This document shows positions 11,548 to 23,207 of a DNA stretch of 39,307 nt, piece by piece. Origin of the DNA: Macrostomum lignano. Its lineage: Eukaryota. The position numbers were made by a program, and so were the translations under genes. Position 1 is the stretch's first letter, and every line of letters begins with the position of its first letter. Where the stretch lies: positions 1 through 39,307 of the forward strand of contig NIVC01004652.1 in assembly GCA_002269645.1 (NCBI GenBank), written 5' to 3'. A model generated the notes under the pieces. That model saw nothing but the letters and a program-made list of their open reading frames with translations, was not told the origin of the DNA and ran no database searches.

Positions 11548-13328
11548 TAGTCAATGATAGGCTTAGTCAGTAGTTTACTCAATCGGTAGGTTAGTCAATC
11601 GGTAGGTTAGTCAATCGGTAGCTTAGTCAATCGGTAGCTTAGTCAATCGGTAGCTTAGTCAATCGGTACCTTAGTCAATCGGTAGCTTAGTCAATCGGTA
11701 GCTTAGTCAATCGGTAGCTTAGTCAATCGGTACCTTAGTCAATCGGTAGCTTAGTCAATCGGTAGCTTAGTCAATCGGTAGCTTAGTCAATCTGTAGCTT
11801 AGTCAATCGGTAGCTTAGTCAATCGGTACCTTAGTCAATCGGTAGCTTAGTCAATCGGTAGCTTAGTCAATCGGTAGCTTAGTCAATCGGTAGCTTAGTC
11901 AATCGGTAGCTTAGTCAATCGGTACCTTAGTCAATCGGTAGCTTAGTCAATCGGTAGCTTAGTCAATCGGTAGTTTACTCAATCGGTAGCTTAGTCAATC
12001 GGTAGCATAGTCAATCGGTAGCTTAGTCAATCTGTAGCTTAGTCAATCGGTAGCTTAGTCAATCGGTAGCTTAGTCAATCGGTACCTTAGTCAATCGGTA
12101 GCTTAGTCAATCGGTAGCTTAGTCAATCGGTAGCTTAGTCAATCGGTACCTTAGTCAATCGGTAGCTTAGTCAATCGGTAGCTTAGTCAATCGGTAGCTT
12201 AGTCAATCGGTAGCTTAGTCAATCGGTAGCTTAGTCAATCGGTAGCTTAGTCAATCTGTAGCTTAGTCAATCGGTAGCTTAGTCAATCGGTAGCTTAGTC
12301 AATCGGTAGCTTAGTCAATCGGTAGCTTAGTCAATCGGTAGCTTAGTCAATCGGTACCTTAGTCAATCGGTAGCTTAGTCAATCGGTACCTTAGTCAATC
12401 GGTAGGTTAGTCAATCGGTAGCTTAGTCAATCGGTAGCTTAGTCAATCGGTAGCTTAGTCAATCGGTACCTTAGTCAATCAGTAGCTTAGTCAATCGGTA
12501 GTTTACTCAATCGGTAGCTTAGTCAATCGGTAGCTTAGTCAATCGGTAGCTTAGTCAATCGGTAGCTTAGTCAATCGGTAGCTTAGTCAATCGGTAGCTT
12601 AGTCAATCGGTAGCTTAGTCAATCGGTACCTTAGTCAATCGGTAGCTTAGTCAATCGGTAGTTTACTCAATCGGTAGCTTAGTCAATCGGTAGCTTAGTC
12701 AATCGGTAGCATAGTCAATCGGTAGCTTAGTCAATCTGTAGCTTAGTCAATCGGTAGCTTAGTCAATCGGTACCTTAGTCAATCGGTAGCTTAGTCAATC
12801 GGTAGTTTACTCAATCGGTAGCTTAGTCAATCGGTAGCTTAGTCAATCGGTAGCTTAGTCAATCGGTAGCTTAGTCAATCGGTAGCTTAGTGAATCGGTA
12901 GCTTAGTCAATCGGTACCTTAGTCAATCGGTACCTTAGTCAATCGGTAGCTTAGTCAATCGGTACCTTAGTCAATCGGTAGCTTAGTCAATCGGTAGTTT
13001 AGTCAATCGGTAGCTTAGTCAATCGGTAGCTTAGTCAATCGGTACCTTAGTCAATCGGTAGCTTAGTCAATCGGTAGCTTAGTCAATCGGTAGCTTAGTC
13101 AATCGGTAGCTTAGTCAATCGGTAGCTTAGTCAATCGGTAGCTTAGTCAATCGGTAGCTTAGTCAATCGGTAGCTTAGTCAATCGGTAGCTTAGTCAATC
13201 GGTAGCTTAGTCAATCGGTAGCTTAGTCAATCGGTAGCTTAGTCAATCGGTACCTTAGTCAATCGGTAGCTTAGTCAATCGGTAGCTTAGTCAATCGGTA
13301 GCTTAGTCAATCGGTAGCTTAGTCAATG
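11548..13328. repeat. 16-bp minisatellite (TTAGTCAATCGGTAGC), about 110 copies
   Basis: Direct reading. Variants include GTACC, CTGTAG and GTTTACTC. Confidence 0.97.
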
Positions 13329-14318
13329 ACTATCGGAGTAAATCAGTAGCTTAGCAACTTTGACTCACCTTACCAAAAGCTGCTAAAGGTGCAAACCAGC
13401 AAACAGAACGCAGGTTTCAAAATAAAAGGGTCCACCAAAAAAAGGTAATGGAAAAGAAGTTTTCAAAGCTGGCAGACTAAATACAGTTCCACATAATTGT
13501 TCCGTTGGCAGACGGCAAACACGAAAAAGTTTTGCGACCAATCAGCGAAAAAATCAGCTAATGAAAAAGTTAGGTCTATCTGCACAGGTCTAAGTTCCTC
13601 CTGGGCCAAGAAGGTGCAGGGCATGACTGATGATGGTTCCTATGCCTGTTCTTTCTGTTGCCTGCATGGCTTTATGGATACGAGCTTTCCATCATCCTGC
13701 TTCTCCTGCTAGAGCGGACCTGCGGATGTACATACATAACCTACAGGTCGCGTGATCTACATGTAGACTGATGCTCGTCTTGAAGTGAAATTGACGTTGA
13801 AATATTCTGTCGACGTCAGCATGAGAATCCTTTTTCGGAGCTAACCTCCTGTTGGATTATCCTGATTGACTTACTGATTCAACCCAGCAGAGCACAATAT
13901 TCACAAGCTGATGTCCCAAGAGAACAAGGGACAACATGATATCTCTCGAACACTGCTCCGCCTGAGTTCTGCAGTAGAGATCGCCGCTTTTGATAGAGAA
14001 CTTCTGCTAGACCGATTTAACAGGGAGGCTAATTGGGATTTTAAGAATCATTTCGTCTTCGTGTAGGCAAGTCCGTTCCGTGTTCGGTTCTGGGTCGGTG
14101 CGCATACAAAAAATCACATTGAAAAGTGATATGCATTTTCAAGTTGATTAACTAAACCAATGAAGTTGGAAATCCATTCGTTTCTATGGACTATCCGGTA
14201 TTTATGGGAATTTCGGCCATTCGACCCTTCACCCTCTGGTCGTTCTCTAGAGATCACCATTCTTATTTAATCAGTGACAGTCGTTTGCTCGCATTAAATC
14301 AAAATTTGGTGACAAGAA

Positions 14319-15160
14319 GGGGTTGTAGCCTAGTGGGTTGTAGCCTAGTGGGTTGTAGCCTAGTGGGTTGTAGCCTAGTGGGTTGTAGCCTAGTGGGTTG
14401 TAGCCTAGGGGGTTGTAGCCTAGTGGGTTGTAGCCTAGTGGGTTGCAGCCTAGGGGGTTGTCGCCTAGTGGGTTGTAGCCTAGTGGGTTGCAGCCTAGGG
14501 GGTTGTAGCCTAGGGGGTTGTAGCCTAGTGGGTTGTAGCCTAGTGGGTTGTAGCCTAGTGGGTTGTAGCCTAGGGGTTGTAGCCTAGTGGGTTGTAGCCT
14601 AGTGGGTTGTAGCCTAGTGGGTTGTAGCCTAGTGGGTTGTAGCCTAGTGGGTTGTAGCCTAGGGGTTGTAGCCTAGTGGGTTGTAGCCTAGTGGGTTGTA
14701 GCCTAGTGGGTTGTAGCCTAGTGGGTTGTAGCCTAGTGGGTTGTAGCCTAGTGGGTTGCAGCCTAGGGGGTTGTAGCCTAGGGGGTTGTAGCCTAGTGGG
14801 TTGTAGCCTAGTGGGTTGTAGCCTAGTGGGTTGTAGCCTAGGGGGTTGTAGCCTAGTGGGTTGTAGCCTAGTGGGTTGTAGCCTAGTGGGTTGTAGCCTA
14901 GTGGGTTGTAGCCTAGTGGGTTGTAGCCTAGGGGGTTGTAGCCTAGTGAGTTGTAGCCTAGTGGGTTGTAGCCTAGTGGGTTGTAGCCTAGTGGGTTGTA
15001 GCCTAGTGGGTTGTAGCCTAGTGGGTTGTAGCCTAGTGGGTTGTAGCCTAGTGGGTTGGAGCCTAGTGGGTTGTAGCCTAGTGGGTTGTAGCCTAGTGGG
15101 TTGGAGCCTAGTGGGTTGTAGCCTAGTGGGTTGTAGCCTAGTGGGTTGTAGCCTAGTGGG
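14319..15160 (+). repeat. 15-bp minisatellite (GGGTTGTAGCCTAGT), about 56 copies, equal to the amplified 5' end (A box) of the adjacent SINE
   Basis: The unit is identical to the first 15 nt of SINE copy 1 (minus strand, 4964 downward) and runs directly into SINE copy 2. Confidence 0.95.
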
Positions 15161-15452
15161 TTGGAGCGACGGACTCCCGACTGAAAGGTCGGGGGTTCGA
15201 TTCTCGACCCAATCGGAACGATTTGTGTCCTTGAGCAAGACACTTAACTCTGCATTGCTTCAGTTCACCCAGCTGTAAAATGGGTGCCAGCATTAGCTGG
15301 GGTAATTGAGGCTGTGTGTGGCGACCCCCCCAGTCCTTGGACTGAACAGCCGTACGCAGCCTTCAGATACGCCGCGCAATAGCTGCGGCTGAGCTGTCGG
15401 TTGCACATCTGGCTCAATTGGGGCAGGTGTAATCAATAATAATCAATATTAT
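15143..15452 (+). mobile_element. tRNA-derived CORE-SINE, copy 2
   Basis: A box TAGCCTAGTGG, B box GGTTCGATTCT and CORE-like GTGTCCTTGAGCAAGACACTTAAC...CTGTAAAATGGG. The 3' body matches copy 1 and ends in an AATAAT tail. Confidence 0.88.
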
Positions 15453-16197
15453 TGTGTTGGCAAGGCTATAAGTTAAACGGGACCCTAACATCTACTGCCA
15501 GCAATATATTAAGTTCTGTTTAAAGAGTGCTTCGAGGTAATTAATAAAGGATTTCGTAATTGTTTGACAGTATGCCTTTTTTAGCGTGAATTTAAATTGG
15601 ATTTAGGTGATCGAAAGCAATTTAGGATGCTATCATCTTAATTCCGTAGCCTGATTCTAGTGTTTCGGCGCACAAGTCTCGGCAGTCGGAGTTCAATTTT
15701 CAATGTTAGCTATATGGCTGGTTGGTTGCAGCATCTTGCCTGCCAACTGGAGGCTAAATTTACACTGATTAATTTTTAATTCAAGATTTTCGAGACAACA
15801 GATTAAATATGATAAATTTGACTAGCTGCAAAGTGGGTTATACTTTATACAGGCCACCCGAAGCGGGCATATTAGCTGGTCCAATACAATTTGTATTGAA
15901 CAGCCCCATGCTGGAAATTCCAAAGAATTATCTCTCTATCCGCGCAGATTCGTGTCCCGCTATTTCCTAGAAACATCACGAACCTGTTGCTATTTTTAGC
16001 AACAGCCGCATTGGGTCACCCCTGGCCCCCGCCAGCCAGGCAAATTGGTGGGCGCTGCGGCGGCGGCGCCGAAATCTGTGAAAACTAGGAATTTCCATGG
16101 AATTGAGTTGCACCATCTGGATGATGCTGATATAAAGCTGCCAGGTCGACAGCGATTTGCAATGTTACCAGATAAAATTTCGACACACATAGAGAAA

Positions 16198-17255
16198 ATG
16201 CGACTCAATTGGCTGCTCGCTTTGATGTTCACCTCGGCGGCCGCCTGCGAGCTGCCGATGCTGGGCGAGAAGCTCGGCCGCCGCGGCTGCCAGGAGCGGC
16301 GTCACCTGGCCAGCGGCATCGACCTCGCCTATCGGCACTTGCAGAAAGTCCGCCTGCTGCTGAGCCGGTTCGAGTCGGCTGCTGGGACCACCGATGCCGA
16401 AGGTGGCGGCGACAGCAACTCGTGGTGTTGGAAGCCGCTGACAGCTGCGGCAGAGCAGCAGGACTGCGACTTGGTGCGCCTGGCTGAGTTCCGACTGCGC
16501 TTGATGACCGCTGCAGTGCGCGGCCTGCAGACCTGCCCAGGATGGTAGGCTTAGCAACTGGCTTTTTTTCGATTCGAAAATACCCAAGCTTGAAAAATAC
16601 CCTAAGCTCGAAAAATACCCCATGCTCGAAAAATACCCCAGGCTCGAAAAATACCCTAAGCTCGAAAAATACCTTAAGTTCGAAAAATACCCCACCCCAA
16701 GCTCGAAAAATACCCCAAGCACAAAAAATACTCCAAGCTCATAAATTCCCCAAGCTAAACACAATCTCTCTCGTTTGCAGCGACCGGGATTCAGTCTGGC
16801 TCGCCCGCCACCTCGCACGGCGCATCTTCGCCCTGAATGCCACCGTCTTCAGTGACTTGCCAAGGCCGCAGTCGCCGGAATGGCCGCAGTCGCTGCAGTC
16901 GGAGGCGGCCCGTCAGCTCACCTGCCTGGAGGCAGCCGCCAAGCCGTCGCAGGCAGCGTCAGCCAGCCTTCAGCGGCCGTGGAGCCGGCGGCGGCGTCAG
17001 CGCTGGCTCGGCCGGTTTGTCGCCGAGTTGCGCGCAGCGGCGGCGGAGCTCGAGTCGGAGTTCGGCGCCCAACCGGCCGCGGAGCTCCTGGCTTCGGCCA
17101 ACAACGAGGCCGAATGCAACCAACTCGTCAGGGAGGAGCAGGTCGACCAGCTGACAGCGTTGACAGACGACTACAGCGGCAGCGTCACCTGGGAGACCAG
17201 CACAGTGAGGAGCGCGGACATTGCGGATCTGGAGACGAGTCCCATCGCTACTTGA
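16198..17255 (+). CDS. Orphan, probably secreted protein, 273 aa; exons 16198-16544 and 16781-17255
   Basis: ATG in AAAATG context starts a signal-peptide-like MRLNWLLALMFTSAAAC. A phase-2 intron TG|GTAGGC...TTTGCAG|C joins the two GC-rich ORFs in frame. The stop is TGA at 17253-17255. No family was recognised. Confidence 0.65.
16575..16755. repeat. About 18-bp degenerate minisatellite (GCTCGAAAAATACCCYAA), about 9 copies, intronic
   Basis: Direct reading, inside the 16545-16780 intron. Confidence 0.85.
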
Positions 17256-17980
17256 TGACGCATGCTCAGGGACTCTCTTTAGCACAAGGACGCTCGGTAC
17301 GTGTTCGAACAGCTTCCAAAGAGTCAGCGATAAACGCGCAAATCCGATTCTTGCACCGAAGGTTCCCGGATTTGATCGATTTCTTTGAGGCTGATATCTA
17401 AGGCTATGTTAGACTTCTTATTCGTGGACTGTGAGAGCTACAGGGCTCTGTCTGCTGGCAATTGTATGCTCTTTTCGGAATGTTTGTATTACTTTCTTTG
17501 ACCCCAGCTGGGGGGGCCAGATCGCTAGTCCATGCACTAAACAGATTTGTGGTCTTCTAAAATTCAGCTACCCAAAAGCGTCAATGAGGCTTGAATAATT
17601 CTGGCTAATGTTAATTGCAGGTTTCGCAGCAGCGCTTTTGCAGGGTTAATCGTACTGCCGACTCTCGCACATTAATTCACACATTTGCTAACTCTGCTAT
17701 TGGCTTTCTGCGACATTCATTGCACTACAATCCGTTTTCATGATTCAGTAAAACACAGATTTCTAAAAATGCTTCATTGCCATATATATTTTACTTAATA
17801 GAAGAATTTCGAATTTTTAGTAATCTGTTTTATGATCCGCCGTTTTGCGAATGATAAATAAATAGCTTCTCAGTGTGTTTATTCATCAATACCCTTCGCT
17901 CACTCGCTTGAATCTTGTTAATACGACAAAATTTGGTAAAATTTATGAATGCGTTTGCCTGGAATATGACTAGAGTTTAA

Positions 17981-18674
17981 TAGATCATGACTAGACTATG
18001 ACTAGATTAGACTAGATCATGACTAGACTATGACTAGATTAGACTAGATCAAGACTAGACTATGACTAGATTAGACTAGGTAATGACTAGACTATGACTG
18101 GATTAGACTAGATCATGATTAGAGTATGACTGGATCATGGCTAGATCATGACTAGACTATGACTGGATCATGACTAGACTATGACTGGATCATGACTAGA
18201 CTATGACTGGATCATGACTAGACTATGACTGGATCATGACTAGACTTTGACTGGATCATGACTAGACTATGACTGGATCATGACTAGACTAGATCATGAC
18301 TAGACTATGACTGGATCATGGCTAGACTATGACTGGATCATGACTAGACTAGATCATGACTAGACTATGACTGGATCATGACTAGACTATGACTGGATCA
18401 TGACTAGACTAGATCATGACTAGACTATGACTGGATCATGGCTAGACTATGACTGGATCATGACTAGACTAGATCATGACTAGACTATGACTGGATCATG
18501 ACTAGACTAGATCATGACTAGACTATGACTGGATCATGACTAGACTAGATCATGACTAGACTATGACTGGATCATGGCTAGACTATGACTGGATCATGGC
18601 TAGACTATGACTGGATCATGACTAGACTAGATCATGACTAGACTATGACTGGATCATGACTAGACTATGACTAG
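17981..18674. repeat. Compound minisatellite of 22-bp (CATGACTAGACTATGACTGGAT) and 16-bp (CATGACTAGACTAGAT) units
   Basis: Direct reading. It lies between the 3' ends of two convergent genes. Confidence 0.93.
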
Positions 18675-18833
18675 TCACTGAAGCATTGGTCGGACGAATA
18701 AAATGAAGAAGTCTTTAAAAAGTAGCTAAAATATTTTGAAATTCGATAGAAGCAGAAACACACAAAATTTATTTGCAACACAGATGGATCAGTTTCTTAG
18801 AAACTTTGGTTTCATAAAACTGAGGCGGTTCAG

Positions 18834-18998
18834 TCAGGCGGCGCAGAGCCGCTGCAGCTTCGCCAGCTCCTGGCTGACCAACTGCTGGGAGGCGAAGGCG
18901 CCCTGAATTGCCTCCTTCTTGGCGTCAATCTCCGACTGGATGAAGGCCTGGTTGTCACGTGACACGGACCGCTGCTCCGCCAGGCTGCTCAGTTCGGC
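18834..18998 (-). CDS. RING finger/coiled-coil protein, exon 2 (C-terminal coiled coil and stop)
   Basis: Acceptor AAACCGCAG| at 18999-19000, phase 0, encoding AELSSLAEQRSVSRDNQAFIQSEIDAKKEAIQGAFASQQLVSQELAKLQRLCAA*. Confidence 0.8.
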   Translation of the reverse strand, partial: AELSSLAEQRSVSRDNQAFIQSEIDAKKEAIQGAFASQQLVSQELAKLQRLCAA

Positions 18999-19269
18999 CT
19001 GCGGTTTTTTGTTGTTTTGTGTGTTTGGAGAAAAATATAATTTCGAAGAAGAAAAGATTAATTTGCAAATTAGGCTACTTGTAGTAATGTGAAAGTTAAA
19101 TAAAATGATATCAAACAGTTATAAAGATCATAAAGGCTTACAATTTTAATTAAAAATGTTATTAGATTCTAACCTTTTTGAGTTAGTGGCTATTATTTTG
19201 ACACAGGGTTTGAAGCCTCCCTCCTTTGCCCAACACGACTGCTCATGTGGGGAATTAGAATTCCTTCCC

Positions 19270-20370
19270 TGTTTCGTCAATTGGAATTTGACCCCTAACC
19301 ACCAAGTCATTCGGGATTTAAATCCCGGACCATCAGTTGGTCATTCGGGATTCGAACCCCCAACCACCAGTTGATTATTAGGGATTGGAACCCACAACCA
19401 ACAGTTGGTCATTCGGGATTCGAACTCCCAACCACCAGTTGGTTATTTGGGATTTGAACCCGCAACCACCAATTCGTCATTCAGGATTCGAACTCCCAAC
19501 CACCAGTTGGTTATTTGGGATTTGAACCCGCAACCACCAATTCGTCATTCAGGATTCGAACTCCCAACCACCAGTTGGTTATTTGGGATTTGAACCCGCA
19601 ACCACCAATTCGTCATTCAGGATTCGAACTCCCAACCACCAGTTGGTTATTTGGGATTTGAACCCGCAACCACCAATTCGTCATTCAGGATTCGAACTCC
19701 CAACCACCAGTTGGTTATTTGGGATTTGAACCCGCAACCACCAATTCGTCATTCAGGATTCGAACTCCCAACCACCAGTTGGTTATTTGGGATTTGAACC
19801 CGCAACCACCAATTCGTCATTCAGGATTCGAACTCCCAACCACCAGTTGGTTATTTGGGATTTGAACCCGCAACCACCAATTCGTCATTCAGGATTCGAA
19901 CTCCCAACCACCAGTTGGTTATTTGGGATTTGAACCCGCAACCACCAATTCGTCATTCAGGATTCGAACTCCCAACCACCAGTTGGTTATTTGGGATTTG
20001 AACCCGCAACCACCAATTCGTCATTCAGGATTCGAACTCCCAACCACCATTTGGTTATTTGGGATTTGAACCCGCAACCACCAATTCGTCATTCAGGATT
20101 CGAACCCCCAACCACCAGTTCGTTATTTGGGATTCGAACCCGCAACCACCAATTCGTCATTCAGGATTCGAACCCCCAACCAGTTGGCCATTCGGGATTC
20201 GAACACCGACAATGAGTTGGTCATTTGGGAATCGAACCCCCAACCACCAGTTGTTTATTTGGGATTCGAACCCGCAATCACCAGTTCGTCATTCAGGATT
20301 CGAACCCAAACCAAAAGTTGGCCATTCGGGATTCGAACCACCAACCACGAGTTGGCTATATGGGATTCAA
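19270..20370 (-). repeat. 34-bp monomer / 68-bp dimer tandem array, each monomer carrying a Pol III B-box/T-arm motif on the minus strand
   Basis: Homogeneous 68-bp dimers recur at 19451, 19519 and so on up to about 20131, with degenerate monomers on both flanks. The minus-strand motifs are GGGTTCAAATCCC and GAGTTCGAATCCT. Confidence 0.93.
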
Positions 20371-20390
20371 ACCTCTAGCCCCTGCCTCAC

Positions 20391-21326
20391 CTGCAGACGG
20401 CTGATTTCTTTTCTAGCCGCGGCCTCTGACGCGGCCAGCTGACGGTCGCGCGCCGCCTCCGCCTCCAGCTGGCCGGTCAGCTGCGCCACCTCGGCTTGCA
20501 GGCTCTCCATGCTGGAGTCCAGCTGGCGCATTCGCCCGCTGATTACGTCCAGTTGCTGCAGCCAACGTCTTGCTGCGGCACTGCCAGCGGCCGCGTCAGC
20601 GGCTGCGTCGGACGGCGCCGTCGTTTCCGTCGAGGAGGCTGCGCCGGCGCCAGAAAACGCGTCGATAGCGGCGCGCAGTGCAGCGTCAGGCCGGACGCCG
20701 GAGACGCGAAGGCCGCAGTGCGGACAGCGGAGCGGCGGCTGCGCCTCTTCGGGCCTCGGCGCGCAGCCGGCGCAGACGCTGTGGCCGCACGGGGCCAGCT
20801 GCGGCGCCACCGGGGCACCGAGCATTAAGCGGCCGCAGGACGGGCAGAAGTGGCTCACGGGCCGCAAGCCACCGCCGCCACTGAATGACGACGTCGTCGA
20901 CTTTGCTGACGTCACGGCCACCGCCGCTGCCGCCCCAGCCGACTGCGGCGCTGATTTGGGCAGGCCGGCGCTTGCGCGGACCTCGCGCTCGATGTCGTCA
21001 AGCTCGTGGCGGACCCGGTCTAGCAGTCCGGATGGGCCGACTTTGCCGGGTGCCGGTGCCGCTGAAGTGGTCGATGATGGAGCCGGTTGCCTCGGCGGTT
21101 CGCGCCGCCTATCCTGTGCGACAGCGGTCGGCGGCGATGCGTCCAGCGACTTGTCGCGCTGCTGCATCCAGGCGTCACGGCGGCTCTGCAGCTCGCGCAG
21201 GCGCTCTTGAAGGTCCGGACGACCGGCCGCGACTCCGGCGGGGCCCCCAGAAGTCTTGCCTCGACCGGCGCCACCGCCGCCAGCGCGCTTGCCGCCCCCG
21301 TTTGATGGGGCTGGGCCGAAGGACAT
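20391..21326 (-). CDS. C3HC4 RING finger plus coiled-coil protein (putative E3 ligase), exon 1; 366 aa in total
   Basis: ATG at 21326. RING motif CPSC...PCGHSVCAGC...CPHC, followed by a coiled coil (RWLQQLDVISGRMRQLDSSMESLQAEVAQL). Donor CAG|GTGAGG at 20391/20390. Confidence 0.85.
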
Positions 21327-23207
21327 TCCAAGTGGATCACGGGAGCGACAACGGCATGAAATTTCGAATGCAAATACATGCATAAATGCAATCACAGTAT
21401 TTGAGATGATTACAGAAATTATTTAAGTTTTTTTACAATAAATCTGCTCTTTTGCAGTCGTCGCGTTGTGCTCCACTTCGTCATTAAGCTATCAGAATAG
21501 ATTATTATAGCGGAAAAGCTCAACCAATTTTAAATCCTGGCAAAGGAGAAACCATTAAAAGTAAATATTTAATCTACTCGTAGCTACGTGCTGCTACATG
21601 TTATGTCAAATATAAGGTATGCCCCATGGAATTTAGAAGAGGAAAAAATTCATGGAAATGAGATCCAGTGTCCCAAAGATTCAATGTGTATCTGGTTTGC
21701 TGGTTTAATCTCAAAAGTGTTTTAATAAAACATGCATGTTAAACAAATTTACAAATCTGTTTCTCAAATATATTTAGATAGTATCACTTAAACCTTTGGA
21801 GAATATTCATTGGTTTTATATTTTGAAAAGAAACAGAATGTAAAAAAACTAAGCCAGTCACATACAAAGAGATTTCTTACTCTTGCTAAAGGTACAACTA
21901 ATTTTCATCCTAACAGAAAACTTTTTAGTTACATAAAATAGCAGTACTGAAGTTAATAATATTCTAATGCAAAAAACCGTATTGTATAAATCTTTGAGAC
22001 TTGCATATAGTTAATGATGGCTTGAGCCAAACTTCTAAATGTATTTCTAAATAATGCTTAAATTGATCAAATCGATTTAAGGCAAGGCAGACGGGCAACT
22101 TTTATTATCTAGATATTCTTACATATGTAGAGCACGCGATGCAAGTTTAATTTAAGCCTTAAAAACCACTTTCAAAATAAAAGTATGCCTCAAATTTTGC
22201 TGCACTTGAAATGTTTTATTGAAAATATGTAGTACTTATGTATCTTTTTATTACTTGATTTATTCTTATAATAATTATTTTGCTTTAAAATTTGACGTTT
22301 TGTTTTATTTTGTTTTACTTCTCCGTTACTCTGCAAACGGCTAGGGCGATATTTTGGAATTGTAAATTAACTGTCATTTTACATTCAACTTTGAAAGGTC
22401 ATATATTATGGCTAAAGCTTGTTATAAAGCTTCAACTGCAATGTTAGGCACCTAACACTTGCTCCTAAAATTCTCGTAAATGAAAGCAAGATTCATTGTT
22501 TTTTTGCAATTCAGAGCTGGTATAAGTTAAATAATTATCTACAATATTATATTTTGACAGAACCGTGTCAACCTTATATATTAGTTTGTACTCGATTAAA
22601 TTAATTAGTATATGGATAAAAATCCTTTGGATCACGGGTAATAGACTGCTTTCAGTGGAACTAAATACGAAAGAATTAAGATTTAATATGGCTGGTATTT
22701 CTAAAAAGCTATAGCTTGCACGCCGAGCAAGTCCTAAAATACATCTAGACATTCAAAATGTTTGCTTGAATTTTAAACGAAATTCAAGTAAATCGATATA
22801 TACTCGTAGTGTATAGTGTATATACATGTATAGTGAATAGCTTGTGTATGTATTCATTTTTGAAAAGTTTTAATACTTGATTAATGAAGTATGGTATTTT
22901 CATAAACATGTGGATGTTTATGTAACAATCAACAATGATTAATAAATTTTACATTCACTAGTAATACTGTCTAAAATAAGTAATTAAAATGTCTCGAGAA
23001 ATACATTTAAGCAGCACCTTTAGCCTTTAGCACCTTTAGAGCGTATTGACCTTTTTAAAAGACTTTTCTAATGGTCTTTCTTAATTTTTATACTTGTCAT
23101 ATGCTTCGAAAATAGATGCAACACATATATTTAGCATTTCTTGATTAATTAATTTTACCATACTTCTGTTGCATGATAAAAGAATTTGCACCAGCAACAC
23201 CAGCCAG

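Noticed and set aside
13860-14000. Possible minus-strand exon ending in GTAAGT
   Set aside because: It is short, has no clear acceptor or partner exon, and no homology was recognised.
5711-20370. Regular repeats (55, 34 and 68 bp) as CRISPR arrays
   Set aside because: There are no unique spacers and no cas genes, and the context is eukaryotic with spliced genes.
19270-20370. tRNA gene cluster
   Set aside because: Only T-arm/B-box motifs at 34-bp spacing are present. There is no acceptor stem, D arm or anticodon arm.
22465-22752. 95-aa AT-rich ORF or NUMT
   Set aside because: No mitochondrial or other motifs, and the composition is typical of chance intergenic ORFs.
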